Shown: one piece after another, positions 1 through 10,880 of the stretch
Position numbering within the stretch: position 1 is the first letter of the stretch
Layout of the letters: each line of letters starts with the position of its first letter
NCBI GenBank assembly: GCA_965198065.1
Contig: CBDAON010000004.1
Span: 1,312,001-1,376,000 of the forward strand
Direction of reading: 5' to 3'
DNA length: 64,000 bases
Source of the DNA: Longimicrobiales bacterium
Lineage (GTDB): Bacteria; Gemmatimonadota; Gemmatimonadetes; Longimicrobiales; Gaopeijiaceae
The notes under the pieces: generated by a model
Databases searched by the model: none
The model's input: the letters and a program-made list of their open reading frames with translations, nothing else
What the model was told of the DNA's origin: nothing
Program-made: the position numbers and the translations under genes

Positions 1-699
1 CACGTAGAGCGAGATGCCGAGAAACATGAGAAAGAACGCGAACGCCGCCGCTGAGACCTCGGGCCGCCGAAGCATTCCGAGGTAGGAGCGCAGCGCCCCC
101 CGCACCGTTACCCGCTCCGCGCTCCGCTCCACATCCGGCTGGGGGAGGCGCAGAAGCACCAGTACGAAGGTGGCACCCATGGCGGCGCTGTACAGGTAGA
201 AGGGGGTCCGGAAGCCCAGGCCTCCCGCGAGCACGATCCCGAGTGGAATCCCCAAGATCTGCCCGGCCGCCGCGCCGCTCATGATCCAGCCGGTCGCCCA
301 TCCTCGCCGCTCGTACGGGAAGTAGTCGCCGACGTACGACACGGCGGCTCCGCTGAGCACGCCGCCCGCGATGCCGGCCGCGATCCGCACCGCGATGAAG
401 GAGGCGTAGCCTACCACGAGGCCGTGCAGGGCGAGTGCCGCGGTCATGAGCCCCGAGCCGATGAGTAGGATGCGCCGCCGGCCGATCCGGTCCGAGAAGG
501 GGCCCGCGATCACGGCGAAGAGCCCGACCATGGCCGAGTACGCCGAGACGAGAGTGCCTAGTAGCGCGTCGCGGATACCGAGCGCGTCACCGATCAACGG
601 GAGGATCGGGGCGATGACCATGGTCTGGCTGCTGGCCGAGAACACCAGAAGCCAGAGGGCGAAGACCACCATCCAGGGACGGGGGCGGGAAACGTTCAC
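1..699 (-). CDS. MFS transporter, runs off the left edge of the window
   Basis: Hand translation from GTG at 699: MNVSRPRPWMVVFALWLLVFSASSQTMVIAPILP...GPFSDRIGRRRILL (MFS motif A) with multiple hydrophobic segments. Confidence 0.85.
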   Translation of the reverse strand, partial: MNVSRPRPWMVVFALWLLVFSASSQTMVIAPILPLIGDALGIRDALLGTLVSAYSAMVGLFAVIAGPFSDRIGRRRILLIGSGLMTAALALHGLVVGYASFIAVRIAAGIAGGVLSGAAVSYVGDYFPYERRGWATGWIMSGAAAGQILGIPLGIVLAGGLGFRTPFYLYSAAMGATFVLVLLRLPQPDVERSAERVTVRGALRSYLGMLRRPEVSAAAFAFFLMFLGISLYV

Positions 700-835
700 G
701 GGGACGAGGTGGCCATGACCGGGGGGGGAAGTATACGCGGGGTCCTGCGGCCGGCAACATTCAGGCGTTCGTGCTTGCCCGCCTCGGGAGGGGCGTCCAG
801 CTTGGGTTAGGACCCCAGCACTCACGAGGAACGCC

Positions 836-2431
836 ATGCGAACTGCAAGGAAGGAGCCGACCGTCGCGCCGCTCGCGGCCCTCGCTCTCAGCACCGTCGC
901 CCTCCTGGGCACCGCTCCGGTGGCGGCGGGGCAGGCGACGATCCGCACCCAGGCGGAGCCTCTCGCGTTTCGCGGAAGACACGAGCTACGACGGCATGAT
1001 GGAATACCTGGGCCGTCTCCAGGGAGCGAGCACGGAGATGCGCCTCGGAATCTACGGGCAGAGCCGCGAGGGGAGAGCCCTGCCGGTGGCGATCTTCTCA
1101 CGCCCGGCCGCCACGCGACCCTGGGAGGCGTGGGCGCTGGGGAAGCCCATCCTCGTGCTTGCCACAAACGTTCACGGGGGGGAGCGGGTCCTTCGGGAGT
1201 CCGTCCTCATCCTGGCTCGTGAGCTCTCGACCCCGGGGACGTTGATGAACGACGCGCTCGACGAGCTCACGATCCTGGTCGTTCCCCAGATCAATCCGGA
1301 CGGCTTCTCGGCGCTCCCGGTGCCGACTCGGGGGAACCTCTGGGGGGTCGATCTGAACCGGGACTACATGAAGCTCGAGCAGCCCGAGATCCAGGCCTAC
1401 GTCCAGGACATCCTTCTCGCGTGGGCGTCTCACCTCGTCGTGGACGGTCACAGCGGAGGGGCCCAGCCGTACAACCTGAACTACCAGTGCCCGTCGCACT
1501 CTACCCCCGACCCGCGGATCACGACGCTGTGCGACGAGCGCATCTTCCCGGCCGTCCAGAGGCGGCTCGCGTCGGAGGGTTACGCTGCCTGGTACTACTT
1601 CCGGGGGAACGAGACCCGCTGGGACGTGGGCGGCCCGGAGCCACGGGTCGGGAGAAACTACGGCGGCTTCGCGAACACGATCGCGATCCTGTTCGAGTCC
1701 CCGGACGGGCAGCGGGCCACGGACGCGGTCCGAAGCGGGCTCCTCGGCTACCAGGCGGTCATCGAGTGGGCGATGGAGAATCCGGCCCTCCTGCTCAGCA
1801 CGGTCCGCGAGGCCCGGCGGGAGGCGATTGCCCTGGGAGAAGGTCCTACGGGCGACGTGGCTATCGAGGTGGAGTACGAGCCGGAGCCCTACCGGGTCGA
1901 GTATTTGCTCGCGAGCGGGCCGCCCGGCGCCCGCCAGATCCGGGAGATCGTGAGTGACTCGCTCATGAAGCGACCCGTCGCCGCGCTTGCCCGCCGACGA
2001 CCGTGGGCCTACGTGCTGCCCAGGGACGCAGCGGCCGCCGTAGAGCTCCTGGGCCGCCACGCCGTGCAGGTCGAGGAGCTCCGGGAGCCCGTCCAGATGA
2101 CAGTGGACGCTTACACGATCGGAAACGTGACGTACGAGGACTCGCACAGTCACAGTGCGGCGACCAGGCTGGAGGTGGTGGGGAGCGTCACTCGCACGGT
2201 CACCCTTCCCGAGGGCACGTACATCGTCCGCACCGGTCAGATGCAGGGCCGGGTAGCGGCTCACCTCCTCGAGCCCGAGACGCGGGACGGAGTCGTCTAC
2301 TGGAACCGGATGGACGCCTGGATCCCGAAGGCGGACGTGGACGCTTACCGCGCGGGCCGCGGCCAGCCCCGATCTTCCCGATCTACAAGATCATGGAGCC
2401 GACGCCGCTTCCGACGTTCCTCCTGCCCTAG
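836..2431 (+). CDS. Secreted M14-family zinc carboxypeptidase with two compensating 1-bp frameshifts (about 959 and about 2365)
   Basis: Signal peptide in the 836 frame; VHGGE, NPDG, DLNRD and VDGH motifs in the 771 frame; C-terminus APIFPIYKIM back in the 836/2003 frame, stop at 2431. Confidence 0.75.
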
Positions 2432-2470
2432 GGACGCTCCGCGCAAGCCGGGTCGAGTGGAGGGTGGGGG

Positions 2471-3418
2471 CTACTTCCGCTGGTCCTCGAGCGAGGGCCC
2501 GTCTCCCGGCTCCCCCGTCCAGAGCAGGTGGCGGATCCCGTCCCCACCCCCCTCCTTGGCCTCGTACATGAGGCCGTCCGCGACGCGGATCGCGTCGTCT
2601 GCGGTGTCCACCGGGGCCTCGAATGTCACGGCCCCCATCGAGACGCTCACGGGCCAGCCGCCCTCGCCCATCGCCTCTCCGATCTCCTGGCGCAGCTTTT
2701 CTAACGCCCCTTCAGCCCTGCCGAACGGTGTCTCCGGGAGGAGAATGCCGAACTCGTCCCCGCCCAAACGGGCCGAGAGGTCCGTGGTCCGCATCGTGCT
2801 CCGCATGGTTTCCGCGACCCTCCTGAGCACCTCGTCACCCTCCGCGTGACCGAGGGTGTCGTTCACCTCCTTGAAGTGATCGAGGTCCATGTACGCGAGC
2901 GTGAAGATCGTTCCGTAGCGGAGGGCCCGGTCAATCTCGGCCGACATGCTATCGAAGAAGGCGCGGGTGTTCGCGAGCCCGGTCAGGTGATCCGAGAGCG
3001 CGAGCTGCTTCTGCGCGGCGAGGGACTCCTTGAGGCGAACGGTGAGGGCCACCACCACGAGGAAGGTCGTGAGCCGCACTCCCGTGTTCCACGCGTTCGT
3101 CCAGATCGGGAGGGGATCGGCGTGCGAGAAGTGGTCGGCGGCGAGCCAGACGATGGCCGACAGAACGCAGGCGAAGTATCCGGCCCGCTCGGCCCCGTAC
3201 CAAGAGGTGACGGCGATCGGGAGGAGGTAGAAGGCCGAGAAGCGAAAATCGAACTGGAGCGAGAGGTCTACGATCCCCAGCGCCAGGATCACGACGACGA
3301 CGATGCGCTCGAACGCGGCGGGAGAAAGGCGGGACAGGATCCGGTCCAGGCCGCCGATGAGGCTGCCCGGCCCAGACTCCGGTGGTGCGATCGGGGGGAG
3401 CTCCGGTGGGGTGGTCAC
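2471..3418 (-). CDS. Membrane-anchored diguanylate cyclase (GGDEF)
   Basis: N-terminal TM helices, then DHLTGLAN, DLDHFKEVND, RLGGDEF. Confidence 0.92.
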   Translation of the reverse strand: MTTPPELPPIAPPESGPGSLIGGLDRILSRLSPAAFERIVVVVILALGIVDLSLQFDFRFSAFYLLPIAVTSWYGAERAGYFACVLSAIVWLAADHFSHADPLPIWTNAWNTGVRLTTFLVVVALTVRLKESLAAQKQLALSDHLTGLANTRAFFDSMSAEIDRALRYGTIFTLAYMDLDHFKEVNDTLGHAEGDEVLRRVAETMRSTMRTTDLSARLGGDEFGILLPETPFGRAEGALEKLRQEIGEAMGEGGWPVSVSMGAVTFEAPVDTADDAIRVADGLMYEAKEGGGDGIRHLLWTGEPGDGPSLEDQRK

Positions 3419-3461
3419 GCGGGCGACGGTGCGCCGGGGAGGGATCCGGTGGGGGACGGGG

Positions 3462-3642
3462 TCAGGTGGGGGCTTCAGTGGGGCTTTCCCTGGGTCCCCT
3501 CACGGGGTGCTTGATGACCACCCCCTCGACCATGAAGACCACGTCCTCCGCGATGTTCGTTGCGAGGTCCGCGATCCTCTCGAGGTTCCTCGAGAGGAGG
3601 AGCAGCGACATCGGCGGTCCGATCCAGCGGGGGGTCCTCCAT
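3462..3642 (-). pseudogene. phoU: Orphan C-terminal fragment of a PhoU-like protein
   Basis: MEDP/RWIGPPMSLLLLSRNLERIADLATNIAEDVVFMVEGVVIKH matches the PhoU C-terminus; 1-bp shift in a homopolymer run near 3630. Confidence 0.65.
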
Positions 3643-3659
3643 CACTGGAGGTCACGAGG

Positions 3660-5729
3660 CTACGCCGCCTCCCCGAGATTCCTTCGGATCAGGGCGTCCG
3701 GGTCGGGCCCTCGGCCCATGAACTCCCGGAAGAGCAGCGCCGGATCCTCCCGGTCCCCCGCCGAGAGGATCGTCTCCAGGTAGCGGCGGCCCGTCTCTCG
3801 CTCGAAGATCCCCTGTTCCTGAAAGACCGTGAAGAGATCGGCCTCGAGCACCTCGCTCCACATATACGAGTAGTACGAGGCCGCGTACCCCCCCGAGAAG
3901 ATGTGGAGGAACGAGGGGAGTGGATTCGCGGCGGCGAAGCTCGGTCCGGGCGAAAAGGCCTGGAGCTGCTCGGTCACCCACGCGACCACGTCCCCGTGCC
4001 GATCCGGCCGATACTTGGTGTGGAGTGCCAGGTCCAGCGTCCCGAATCCGAGCTGACGCATCTGGCGCCAGCCTCCCAGGAACCGGCGCGCCCGCTGCAT
4101 GCGTTGGAAGAGCTCATCGGGAAGCCGTTCCTCGGTTTGCCAGTGGCGCGCGAAGAGGTCGAGGGACTCCCTCTCCCAGGTCCAGTTCTCGAGAAGCTGG
4201 GAGGGGAGCTCGACCCAATCCCACGCGACGCTCACGCCCCCCCGCCTCGGGATCGGAACGCGTGAGCTGAGGTGATGAAGGAGGTGCCCGTACTCGTGGA
4301 AAAGGGTTTGGACGTCCCGATGCGTGAGGAGCGCCGGACGCTCCTTCGACGCTGGCGGGAAGTTCGCACAGATCACCCCGAGGTGCGGTGGCACCCGGCC
4401 GTCGGGCTCGGGCGTGCCATAGCTCAGGTCGTTCATCCAGCCGCCCTGCTGCTTGTTCGGGCGAGGGAAGAGATCGATGTAGAAGCCCCCGAGAAACACC
4501 CCGTTTTCGTCGGTCATCTCGAAGTAGCGAACGTCCGGATGCCACGTCTCCTCGACGTTCTGCTCGACGACAGTGAGCCCGAACAATCGCCGTCCGGTCT
4601 CGAAGAGGCCTTCCAGGACCGAATCCAGCGGGAAGTAGGGGCGGAGCTCCTCGTCGTCCAGCTCGTAGCGCTCCCGCTGGAGGTGCTCGGCTACGAACGC
4701 CACGTCCCACGGCTCGAGGGGCTCGATCCCCAGCGTGCGGGCGTGGCTCTCGAGCGCCCCGAAGTCCCGCTCCCAGAAGGGGCGGGTCCGTTCGACGACC
4801 TCGGCCACGAAATCGCGCGCTTGTTTTCCCGAACCGGCCATCTGCTCCTCTAACCGGTAGTCGGGAAAGTCGGGGTATCCCAGGAGCTCGGCCTTTTCGC
4901 GCCGGAGCTCCAGGATCTTCGGGATGAGGGGACGGTTGTTCCACGGGGCCTCCCTCCCCCGCGCGAAGAACGCCTGGTGGATCTCGGCACGGAGGTCCTG
5001 GTCATCGCAGCTCTTTATGACGGCCTCGAACGAGGGATGGTCGAGCGTAAGGACCCAGCCCTCCTTCTCCGAGCTCTCGGCCTTGGCGCGGAACCGCTCC
5101 ATCGCGTCGTCCGGGATGCCGGCGAGCCGCTCGGCATCCGTGACGTGGAGCTCGTACGCCGCCGTGGCGTCCAGCACGTGCTCCGAGAAGGAGCGCTGGA
5201 GCTGGGCCAGCTCCACGTCGATCGCCTCGAGCCGCCCACGCCCCTCCGGATCCAGATCGGCTCCGGCGCGCCGGAAGTCCCGGAGCGTGTGGTCGAGGTG
5301 CCGCCTCTCGAGTCCCTCGAGACCCGCGGCCTCACTGGACTCCCCGTAGCTACGCACCCGACGCCAGAGCCCCTCGTCCAGAAAGAGCGTGGACCAGAAG
5401 CGCGAGACGTCCGGGAGCACTTCCGCCCAGGCCTCCCTGAGCTCGGGCGTCTCGGCCACGCCCAGGAGGTGATGCGCCGCGTTCGTCCGCCGCCGGAGCC
5501 GCTCCATCAGGTTGTCGAGCGGCTCGATCGTGGTCGCCCACGTGAGGGACTTCGTGCTCGAGGCGAGCTGGGCGACCTCGACGCGAGCCTCCTCGATCGA
5601 CTGCCTCACGCCCGGCACGACGTGCTCGGGCCAGATCCGGTGGAAGGGAATTCGGAAGCCGACGTCGAGCATGGGATTCGGGATGTCGGGCTCGGCTGCC
5701 GCGCTCGGGCCCGGATTCGCTTCAGTCAC
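3660..5729 (-). CDS. prlC: M3-family metallopeptidase (oligopeptidase A)
   Basis: LFHEYGHLLH zinc motif, VELPSQLLE, HIFSGGYAASYYSY; GTG start overlaps the msrA stop (GTGA). Confidence 0.92.
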   Translation of the reverse strand: MTEANPGPSAAAEPDIPNPMLDVGFRIPFHRIWPEHVVPGVRQSIEEARVEVAQLASSTKSLTWATTIEPLDNLMERLRRRTNAAHHLLGVAETPELREAWAEVLPDVSRFWSTLFLDEGLWRRVRSYGESSEAAGLEGLERRHLDHTLRDFRRAGADLDPEGRGRLEAIDVELAQLQRSFSEHVLDATAAYELHVTDAERLAGIPDDAMERFRAKAESSEKEGWVLTLDHPSFEAVIKSCDDQDLRAEIHQAFFARGREAPWNNRPLIPKILELRREKAELLGYPDFPDYRLEEQMAGSGKQARDFVAEVVERTRPFWERDFGALESHARTLGIEPLEPWDVAFVAEHLQRERYELDDEELRPYFPLDSVLEGLFETGRRLFGLTVVEQNVEETWHPDVRYFEMTDENGVFLGGFYIDLFPRPNKQQGGWMNDLSYGTPEPDGRVPPHLGVICANFPPASKERPALLTHRDVQTLFHEYGHLLHHLSSRVPIPRRGGVSVAWDWVELPSQLLENWTWERESLDLFARHWQTEERLPDELFQRMQRARRFLGGWRQMRQLGFGTLDLALHTKYRPDRHGDVVAWVTEQLQAFSPGPSFAAANPLPSFLHIFSGGYAASYYSYMWSEVLEADLFTVFQEQGIFERETGRRYLETILSAGDREDPALLFREFMGRGPDPDALIRRNLGEAA

Positions 5730-6268
5730 GTATAGAGCTCCTGGAAGGCAAGCCGTGCCTTGGCCACCTTGGGCGTGATCACCGCCGAGCAGTACGGCTG
5801 GGACGGATTTCGCCGGTAATAGTCGTGGTGCTCCCTCTCCGCGGGAAAGAAGGTCTCGAGCGGCTGGATCTCCGTCACCACGGGGGCGTCCCAACGTCCC
5901 TCGGCCTTGAGCGCACGGACTGCGGCCTGGGAAATCCGCTCCTGCTCGGGGCCATCGTAGAGAACGATGGAGCGATACTGCGTGCCGACGTCGGCGCCCT
6001 GGTGGTTCAAGGTCGTCGGGTCATGGACCGCGAAAAAGATGTCGAGCAGCGTCGCGTACGAGATCGCGTCGGGGTCGAACGTGACCCGGACTACCTCTGC
6101 GTGCCCGGTCGCCCCCGAGCAGACCTCCCGGTAGGTGGGCGAGGGATGGGTCCCTCCGGCGTAGCCCGACACGACTGCCTCCACGCCCTTCAGGCTCTGG
6201 AAGACCGCCTCCAGGCACCAGAAGCACCCGCCTCCCAGCACGGCCGTGTCTCGCTTGCCTGCCGTCAT
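5726..6268 (-). CDS. msrA: Peptide methionine sulfoxide reductase MsrA
   Basis: GGGCFWC motif, GHAEVV, QGADVGTQYRS. Confidence 0.97.
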   Translation of the reverse strand: MTAGKRDTAVLGGGCFWCLEAVFQSLKGVEAVVSGYAGGTHPSPTYREVCSGATGHAEVVRVTFDPDAISYATLLDIFFAVHDPTTLNHQGADVGTQYRSIVLYDGPEQERISQAAVRALKAEGRWDAPVVTEIQPLETFFPAEREHHDYYRRNPSQPYCSAVITPKVAKARLAFQELYT

Positions 6269-6295
6269 CGCGTTTTCCCCACTCGAGGCCGCGTG

Positions 6296-9200
6296 TCACG
6301 ACTCCACCCGGACGAGCCGCACATGCGCCGGGCCGAAGAGCTCGCGTAGCTGAGACAGCGCTTCGCGCTCCGGAGCCACCCGGAGCGTCCGCGAGCGGAG
6401 CCGGGGCGGCTCCCCGGCTCCCTCCTCGCGATCCCCCGCCCCGTTCCCGATCCAGATCTCCACGGGCGCGGGCCCCGGGTGGGCCGAGAGGATCTCGCGG
6501 GCGCGTCCAAACACCTGGCGCTCGACCTCGGTTCCCGGCAGGAGCTCGATCGCGAGGGCGATCTTCCCGCTCTCACCCACGGCCCCGAGCGATTCCGCGG
6601 TGTCCAGGAAGATCGGCGGGTCCTCCTCGTCCCGCTCCCGATTCGACACCGTGCCCCGGAGCAGCACCGCCGCGTCCTGGACGAGCACGCCCTTCGCGCG
6701 CTGCCACGCTTCGCCGAAGGCCAGCACGGTTGTCGTTCCGTGGAAGTCCTCTATCGTGATCTTCCCCCACTCGGAGCTATCGCGGCGGAGCACCTGCCGC
6801 TGAACCTTCGTCACGACGCACGCGAGCTCGATGTCCTGCCCGGCAAACTCCGCCAGGCTCGCCGTGTTCGCCGGCCCGAACGCGTGAGACAGGTCGCTGA
6901 ACCGGTCGAGTGGGTGCCCCGAGATGAAGAAGCCGAGAGCCTCCTTCTCTCTCGCGAGCCGTTCGTGCTCGTCCCACTCGGGGACGTCGGGAAGCTCGGA
7001 GGCGATCCGCTCCATCGCGACATCCCCGGCGTCGAAGAGCGAGGCCTGTCCCGCGGCGGCCTCCGCTTCGCGGGCCTGCACCTCGCCGTACGCGGCGTCG
7101 AGCCCGGCGAGAAGCTGCGCGCGGTGCCCGAACGAATCGAGGGCGCCGGCTGCGATCAGGGCCTCGCACGCTCGCTTGTTGAGGGCCCTGAGGTCGACTC
7201 GCTCGAGGGAGTCGAAGAGGCTCTGGAAGGGGCCGCCCTGGTCGCGGCCGGCCAGAATCGAGGAGACGGCTCCGGCCCCCACTCCCCGCACCGCCCCGAG
7301 CCCGAATCGGATCCGATGGTCGTCCACGACCCGGAACTTCCAGCGGGATTCGTTCACGTCGGGGGGGAGGACCTCGATCCCGTCCCGGAGCTCCGGCAGC
7401 ACCCTTCCCAGCTCCCGGCAGTCCCCGATGTACTTCACGACATCGTCCGTCCGGTCCAGGACCGTGGAGAGGAGCGCGGCCATGTACTCGGCCGGGTAGT
7501 GCGCCTTGAGCCACGCGGTCTGGTAGGAGAGGATGGAGTACCCGACGGAGTGCGCCTTCACGAACCCGTAGCGGCCGAACTTCTCGATAAGCCCGGCCAG
7601 CTCCTGCGCCACGCGCCGGCCCACCCCGCGCTCGACGGCCCGCTCGACGAACGCCTTCAGCTCCCGGACGATCAGCGCGGCGTCCTTCTTCCCCACGGCC
7701 TTCCGGAGCACGTCCGCCTCGCCCAGCGTGTAGCCGGCTAGAATGTGGGCGATCGCCATCACCTGTTCCTGATAGACGATGACCCCGAACGTGGGGGCAA
7801 GCGCCTTCTCCAGGGCCGGATGCAGGTAGCGGACCGGCTCCTGGCCCAGCTTCCGCCGGATGTAGACGTCTGTCATTCCCGAGTCGAGCGTTCCCGGGCG
7901 GATGAGCGCGTTCACGGCGACCAGGTCCTCGAACCGGTCGCACCGCACGGCGCGGAGCTTGTCCGACGCGAGCGCCGACTCGAACTGGAACACGCCCGAC
8001 GTCCCACCCTTCGCGAGCATCCGGTACACGTCCGGATCGTCGAGCGGGACGTCGTCCATCGTCTCGTATGTCTCCCCGGTCCCGGGATGCCTCAGCGCTC
8101 CCACACGTTCCCGCACCATCTCGACCGCTTCCTGGATGACCGTAAGGGTCTTGAGCCCCAGGAAGTCCATCTTGAGCATCCCGGTGTCCTCGAGCGCGTT
8201 CATGTCGAACTGCGTGACCACGACGCTCTCGCCCTCTCCGTCCCCCCCCCCTCCTCGGGTCTGCTGCAGGCACACCGGCACGTAGTCGTCGAGCGGCCCC
8301 GGCGCGATCACGATCCCGGCCGCGTGCACGGACGCGTGGCGAGACAGTCCCTCCAGGGTCATCGAATAATCGAACAGCTTGCCGTGACGCTCGTCGCTCT
8401 CGTAGAGATCGCGGACCTCGGGGAGCCTTCGGATGGCTTCGCGCACCGTGTAGCTCTGTCCCGGCTGGTTCGGGATCAGCTTCGCGATGCGATCCGTCTC
8501 GGAGGGCTCGAAACCCAGGGTGCGCCCCACATCTCGGATGACGGCACGTGACTTCAGCGTCCCGAACGTGATGATCTGCCCGACCGCGTCCCTCCCGTAC
8601 TTCTCCCGCACGTAGTCGATCACCTCGCCCCGGCGCTCGAAGCAGAAATCCACGTCGATGTCGGGCATGGACACGCGCTCAGGATTCAGGAAGCGCTCGA
8701 AGAGGAGATCGAACTGGAGCGGATCGAGGTTCGTGATGTGGAGCGAGTAGCTCACGACCGAGCCGGCCGCGGATCCCCGACCGGGACCGATCGGGATTCC
8801 CTGCTCCCGGGCCCAGCGGATGAAGTCCCAGGTGATGAGGAAGTAGCCCGCGTACCCGGTCTTCAGGATCACGTCGAGCTCAAAGTCGAGCCGCTTCTGG
8901 ACCTCGGGCGGAGGTGGGTCGCCGTAGCGCTCCCTCGCGCCCACGTTCGCGAGGTGGACTAGGTAGTCCCCCTCCGTTGCGTATCCCTCCGGCAGGGAGA
9001 ACGCGGGCACGTGGTAGCTCTTCTCGAAATCGAGCGCGACCTCGTCTGCGATCCGGAGCGTGTTCTCGATGACGTCGGGACGGTCCGCGAAGGCCTCCCG
9101 CATCTCCGCGGGGGACTTGAGATAGAGCCCGTCGTCATATCGCATGCGGGCCGGATCGTCCTTGTCTTTGCCGAGCCCGATGCAGAGGAGGGTGTCGTGG

Positions 9201-9850
9201 GCCTCGTGGTCGCTTCGGCGGAGGAAGTGCGCGTCGTTCGTGGCTACCACGGGAAGGCCGAGCTCCCGGGCGAGCGCGAAGATTTTCTCGTTCAACTCGG
9301 CCTGTCCCTCGGTGCCGTGGGCCTGGACCTCCAGGTAGTAGCGGTCAGGAAACAGGTTTGCGTACCAGGACGCGGTTTCGCGCGCGGCCTCGGGGCGACC
9401 CTCGAGCAGGTGTCTCGCGACCTCTCCCGCCAGGCACGCCGAGGCCACGATGAGCCCCCCGGAGTGCCCGGCGAGTAGCTCGCGGTCCATGCGGGGGCGG
9501 TGGTAGAACCCCTCGGTGAACGCGAGCGAGGAGAGCTTCACCAGGTTTCGATACCCCTCCTGGTCCCGCGCCAGGAGCAGGAGATGGTAATACGCTCGGT
9601 CCGATGCCCCTGCGCGCGTCCGGTCCCGCCGATCCCCGGGAGCCACGTAACCCTCCATCCCGATGATCGGCTTGAGCCCGCCGCTCTTCGCGAGCTTCTG
9701 GAACTCCCACGCTCCGAACAGACAGCCGTGGTCCGTGAGCGCCAGCGCCGGCATCTCGAGCTCGACGGAGCGCTTCACCAGATCGGTCAGGCGGTTGGCG
9801 CCATCCAGCAGAGAGTACTCGGAATGTGTGTGTAGGTGGGCGAAGGACAC
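6296..9850 (-). CDS. dnaE: DNA polymerase III alpha subunit
   Basis: PHP domain HLHTHSEYSLLDG, GRGSAAGS, MPDIDVDF, C-terminal OB fold; 1184 aa. Confidence 0.98.
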   Translation of the reverse strand: MSFAHLHTHSEYSLLDGANRLTDLVKRSVELEMPALALTDHGCLFGAWEFQKLAKSGGLKPIIGMEGYVAPGDRRDRTRAGASDRAYYHLLLLARDQEGYRNLVKLSSLAFTEGFYHRPRMDRELLAGHSGGLIVASACLAGEVARHLLEGRPEAARETASWYANLFPDRYYLEVQAHGTEGQAELNEKIFALARELGLPVVATNDAHFLRRSDHEAHDTLLCIGLGKDKDDPARMRYDDGLYLKSPAEMREAFADRPDVIENTLRIADEVALDFEKSYHVPAFSLPEGYATEGDYLVHLANVGARERYGDPPPPEVQKRLDFELDVILKTGYAGYFLITWDFIRWAREQGIPIGPGRGSAAGSVVSYSLHITNLDPLQFDLLFERFLNPERVSMPDIDVDFCFERRGEVIDYVREKYGRDAVGQIITFGTLKSRAVIRDVGRTLGFEPSETDRIAKLIPNQPGQSYTVREAIRRLPEVRDLYESDERHGKLFDYSMTLEGLSRHASVHAAGIVIAPGPLDDYVPVCLQQTRGGGGDGEGESVVVTQFDMNALEDTGMLKMDFLGLKTLTVIQEAVEMVRERVGALRHPGTGETYETMDDVPLDDPDVYRMLAKGGTSGVFQFESALASDKLRAVRCDRFEDLVAVNALIRPGTLDSGMTDVYIRRKLGQEPVRYLHPALEKALAPTFGVIVYQEQVMAIAHILAGYTLGEADVLRKAVGKKDAALIVRELKAFVERAVERGVGRRVAQELAGLIEKFGRYGFVKAHSVGYSILSYQTAWLKAHYPAEYMAALLSTVLDRTDDVVKYIGDCRELGRVLPELRDGIEVLPPDVNESRWKFRVVDDHRIRFGLGAVRGVGAGAVSSILAGRDQGGPFQSLFDSLERVDLRALNKRACEALIAAGALDSFGHRAQLLAGLDAAYGEVQAREAEAAAGQASLFDAGDVAMERIASELPDVPEWDEHERLAREKEALGFFISGHPLDRFSDLSHAFGPANTASLAEFAGQDIELACVVTKVQRQVLRRDSSEWGKITIEDFHGTTTVLAFGEAWQRAKGVLVQDAAVLLRGTVSNRERDEEDPPIFLDTAESLGAVGESGKIALAIELLPGTEVERQVFGRAREILSAHPGPAPVEIWIGNGAGDREEGAGEPPRLRSRTLRVAPEREALSQLRELFGPAHVRLVRVES

Positions 9851-9866
9851 GGGCAGGGGCGGTTCG

Positions 9867-10880
9867 CTACGACACGCAGCGGAACGAGTCCAGGATGGTC
9901 TGGAGCTGGATCATGTACTCGTATTTATCCCGGTTCGGCGCGTAGAGCCAGGCGTCCATCAGATAGAGCCGATCCTGCTCGGGGCAGGGCAGCGCGCGAG
10001 CGATGAAGGGACCGCCTCCGGGCCACGCTCCCGGAAGGCTCGCCCACGCGGACTGGTATTCCACCCCCCGGAGGTCTCCGACGGCGACGGGCCCGTACGA
10101 GACGATCGCGGTGTCGAGCCGCTGGGGATCGATGTAGTACGCTTCCGTGAACGACCGGCGCCAGTCGGCGAGGTCGCTCCGGGTAGGGAGCTCGTCCGGA
10201 ATCGGCGAGGTCCAAGTGAGGCCGAGCTGTCGAATGAGCTCCGAGGGGCTGGGGTTATCGTTCCGGAAGCGATAGACGGAGTCGCGAACCAAGTACCGGT
10301 ACACCGCGGGCAGCCGCAGAGAGAACCCCGCGGTCCGAGCGAGCGAATCCGCGAGCGCCACGTTCTCGCCGGAAACGAACATACGGTCGCGCGCATACTG
10401 GCGGAACTGGGAATCCAAGAGGTCGTGGAGCTCGTCTACGAGCGAGGCGACGGCATCGGCCTGGCCCGTTCGGGGAAGGAGGAGGAGCGAGACCAGCTGG
10501 CCGCTCGCCCAGACATCATGCGTCTGCACGATGTCCGCGGGAGTCGGCACGACCTCCTCCTCGAGAGCCGCGAGCACTTCGTCTACCCACGGGTCGCCCG
10601 CGCTTCCCAGCACGAGCACCTGACGGAAGCGGCGGAGACTGCTCCAGCCGCCCGGCTCCATGGGATCCTGGTGCGTGATGCGAAACGGCCGCTCGTTCGT
10701 CACGGCCTGAATCGTCGGCGCCATCGCGTCGCGAAAGCGCGGCTCGACGTCGGCCCAGAGCGCGGGATCCGCGGCCACGATCAGGGCGTTCGCGTCTCCT
10801 TGGGCCATCGGGGGTGCGCACGCGGAAGCGAGCAGGACGGCACTCGAGCCGAGCAGGAAGGTGATCAGGCGTCGGGACAC
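9867..10880 (-). CDS. Putative lipoprotein, DUF4837-like
   Basis: Lipobox-like LLASAC after a hydrophobic leader; C-terminal GGGPF...DAWLYAPNRDKYEYMIQL; start codon uncertain. Confidence 0.65.
   Translation of the reverse strand: MSRRLITFLLGSSAVLLASACAPPMAQGDANALIVAADPALWADVEPRFRDAMAPTIQAVTNERPFRITHQDPMEPGGWSSLRRFRQVLVLGSAGDPWVDEVLAALEEEVVPTPADIVQTHDVWASGQLVSLLLLPRTGQADAVASLVDELHDLLDSQFRQYARDRMFVSGENVALADSLARTAGFSLRLPAVYRYLVRDSVYRFRNDNPSPSELIRQLGLTWTSPIPDELPTRSDLADWRRSFTEAYYIDPQRLDTAIVSYGPVAVGDLRGVEYQSAWASLPGAWPGGGPFIARALPCPEQDRLYLMDAWLYAPNRDKYEYMIQLQTILDSFRCVS

Noticed and set aside
771..2849. 692-aa ORF as a single real protein
   Set aside because: Its N- and C-terminal tails are out-of-frame Arg/Ser-rich artefacts; the real gene is 836-2431 with two indels
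6296..9850. Intein or split in dnaE
   Set aside because: Normal length, continuous motifs, no intein signatures
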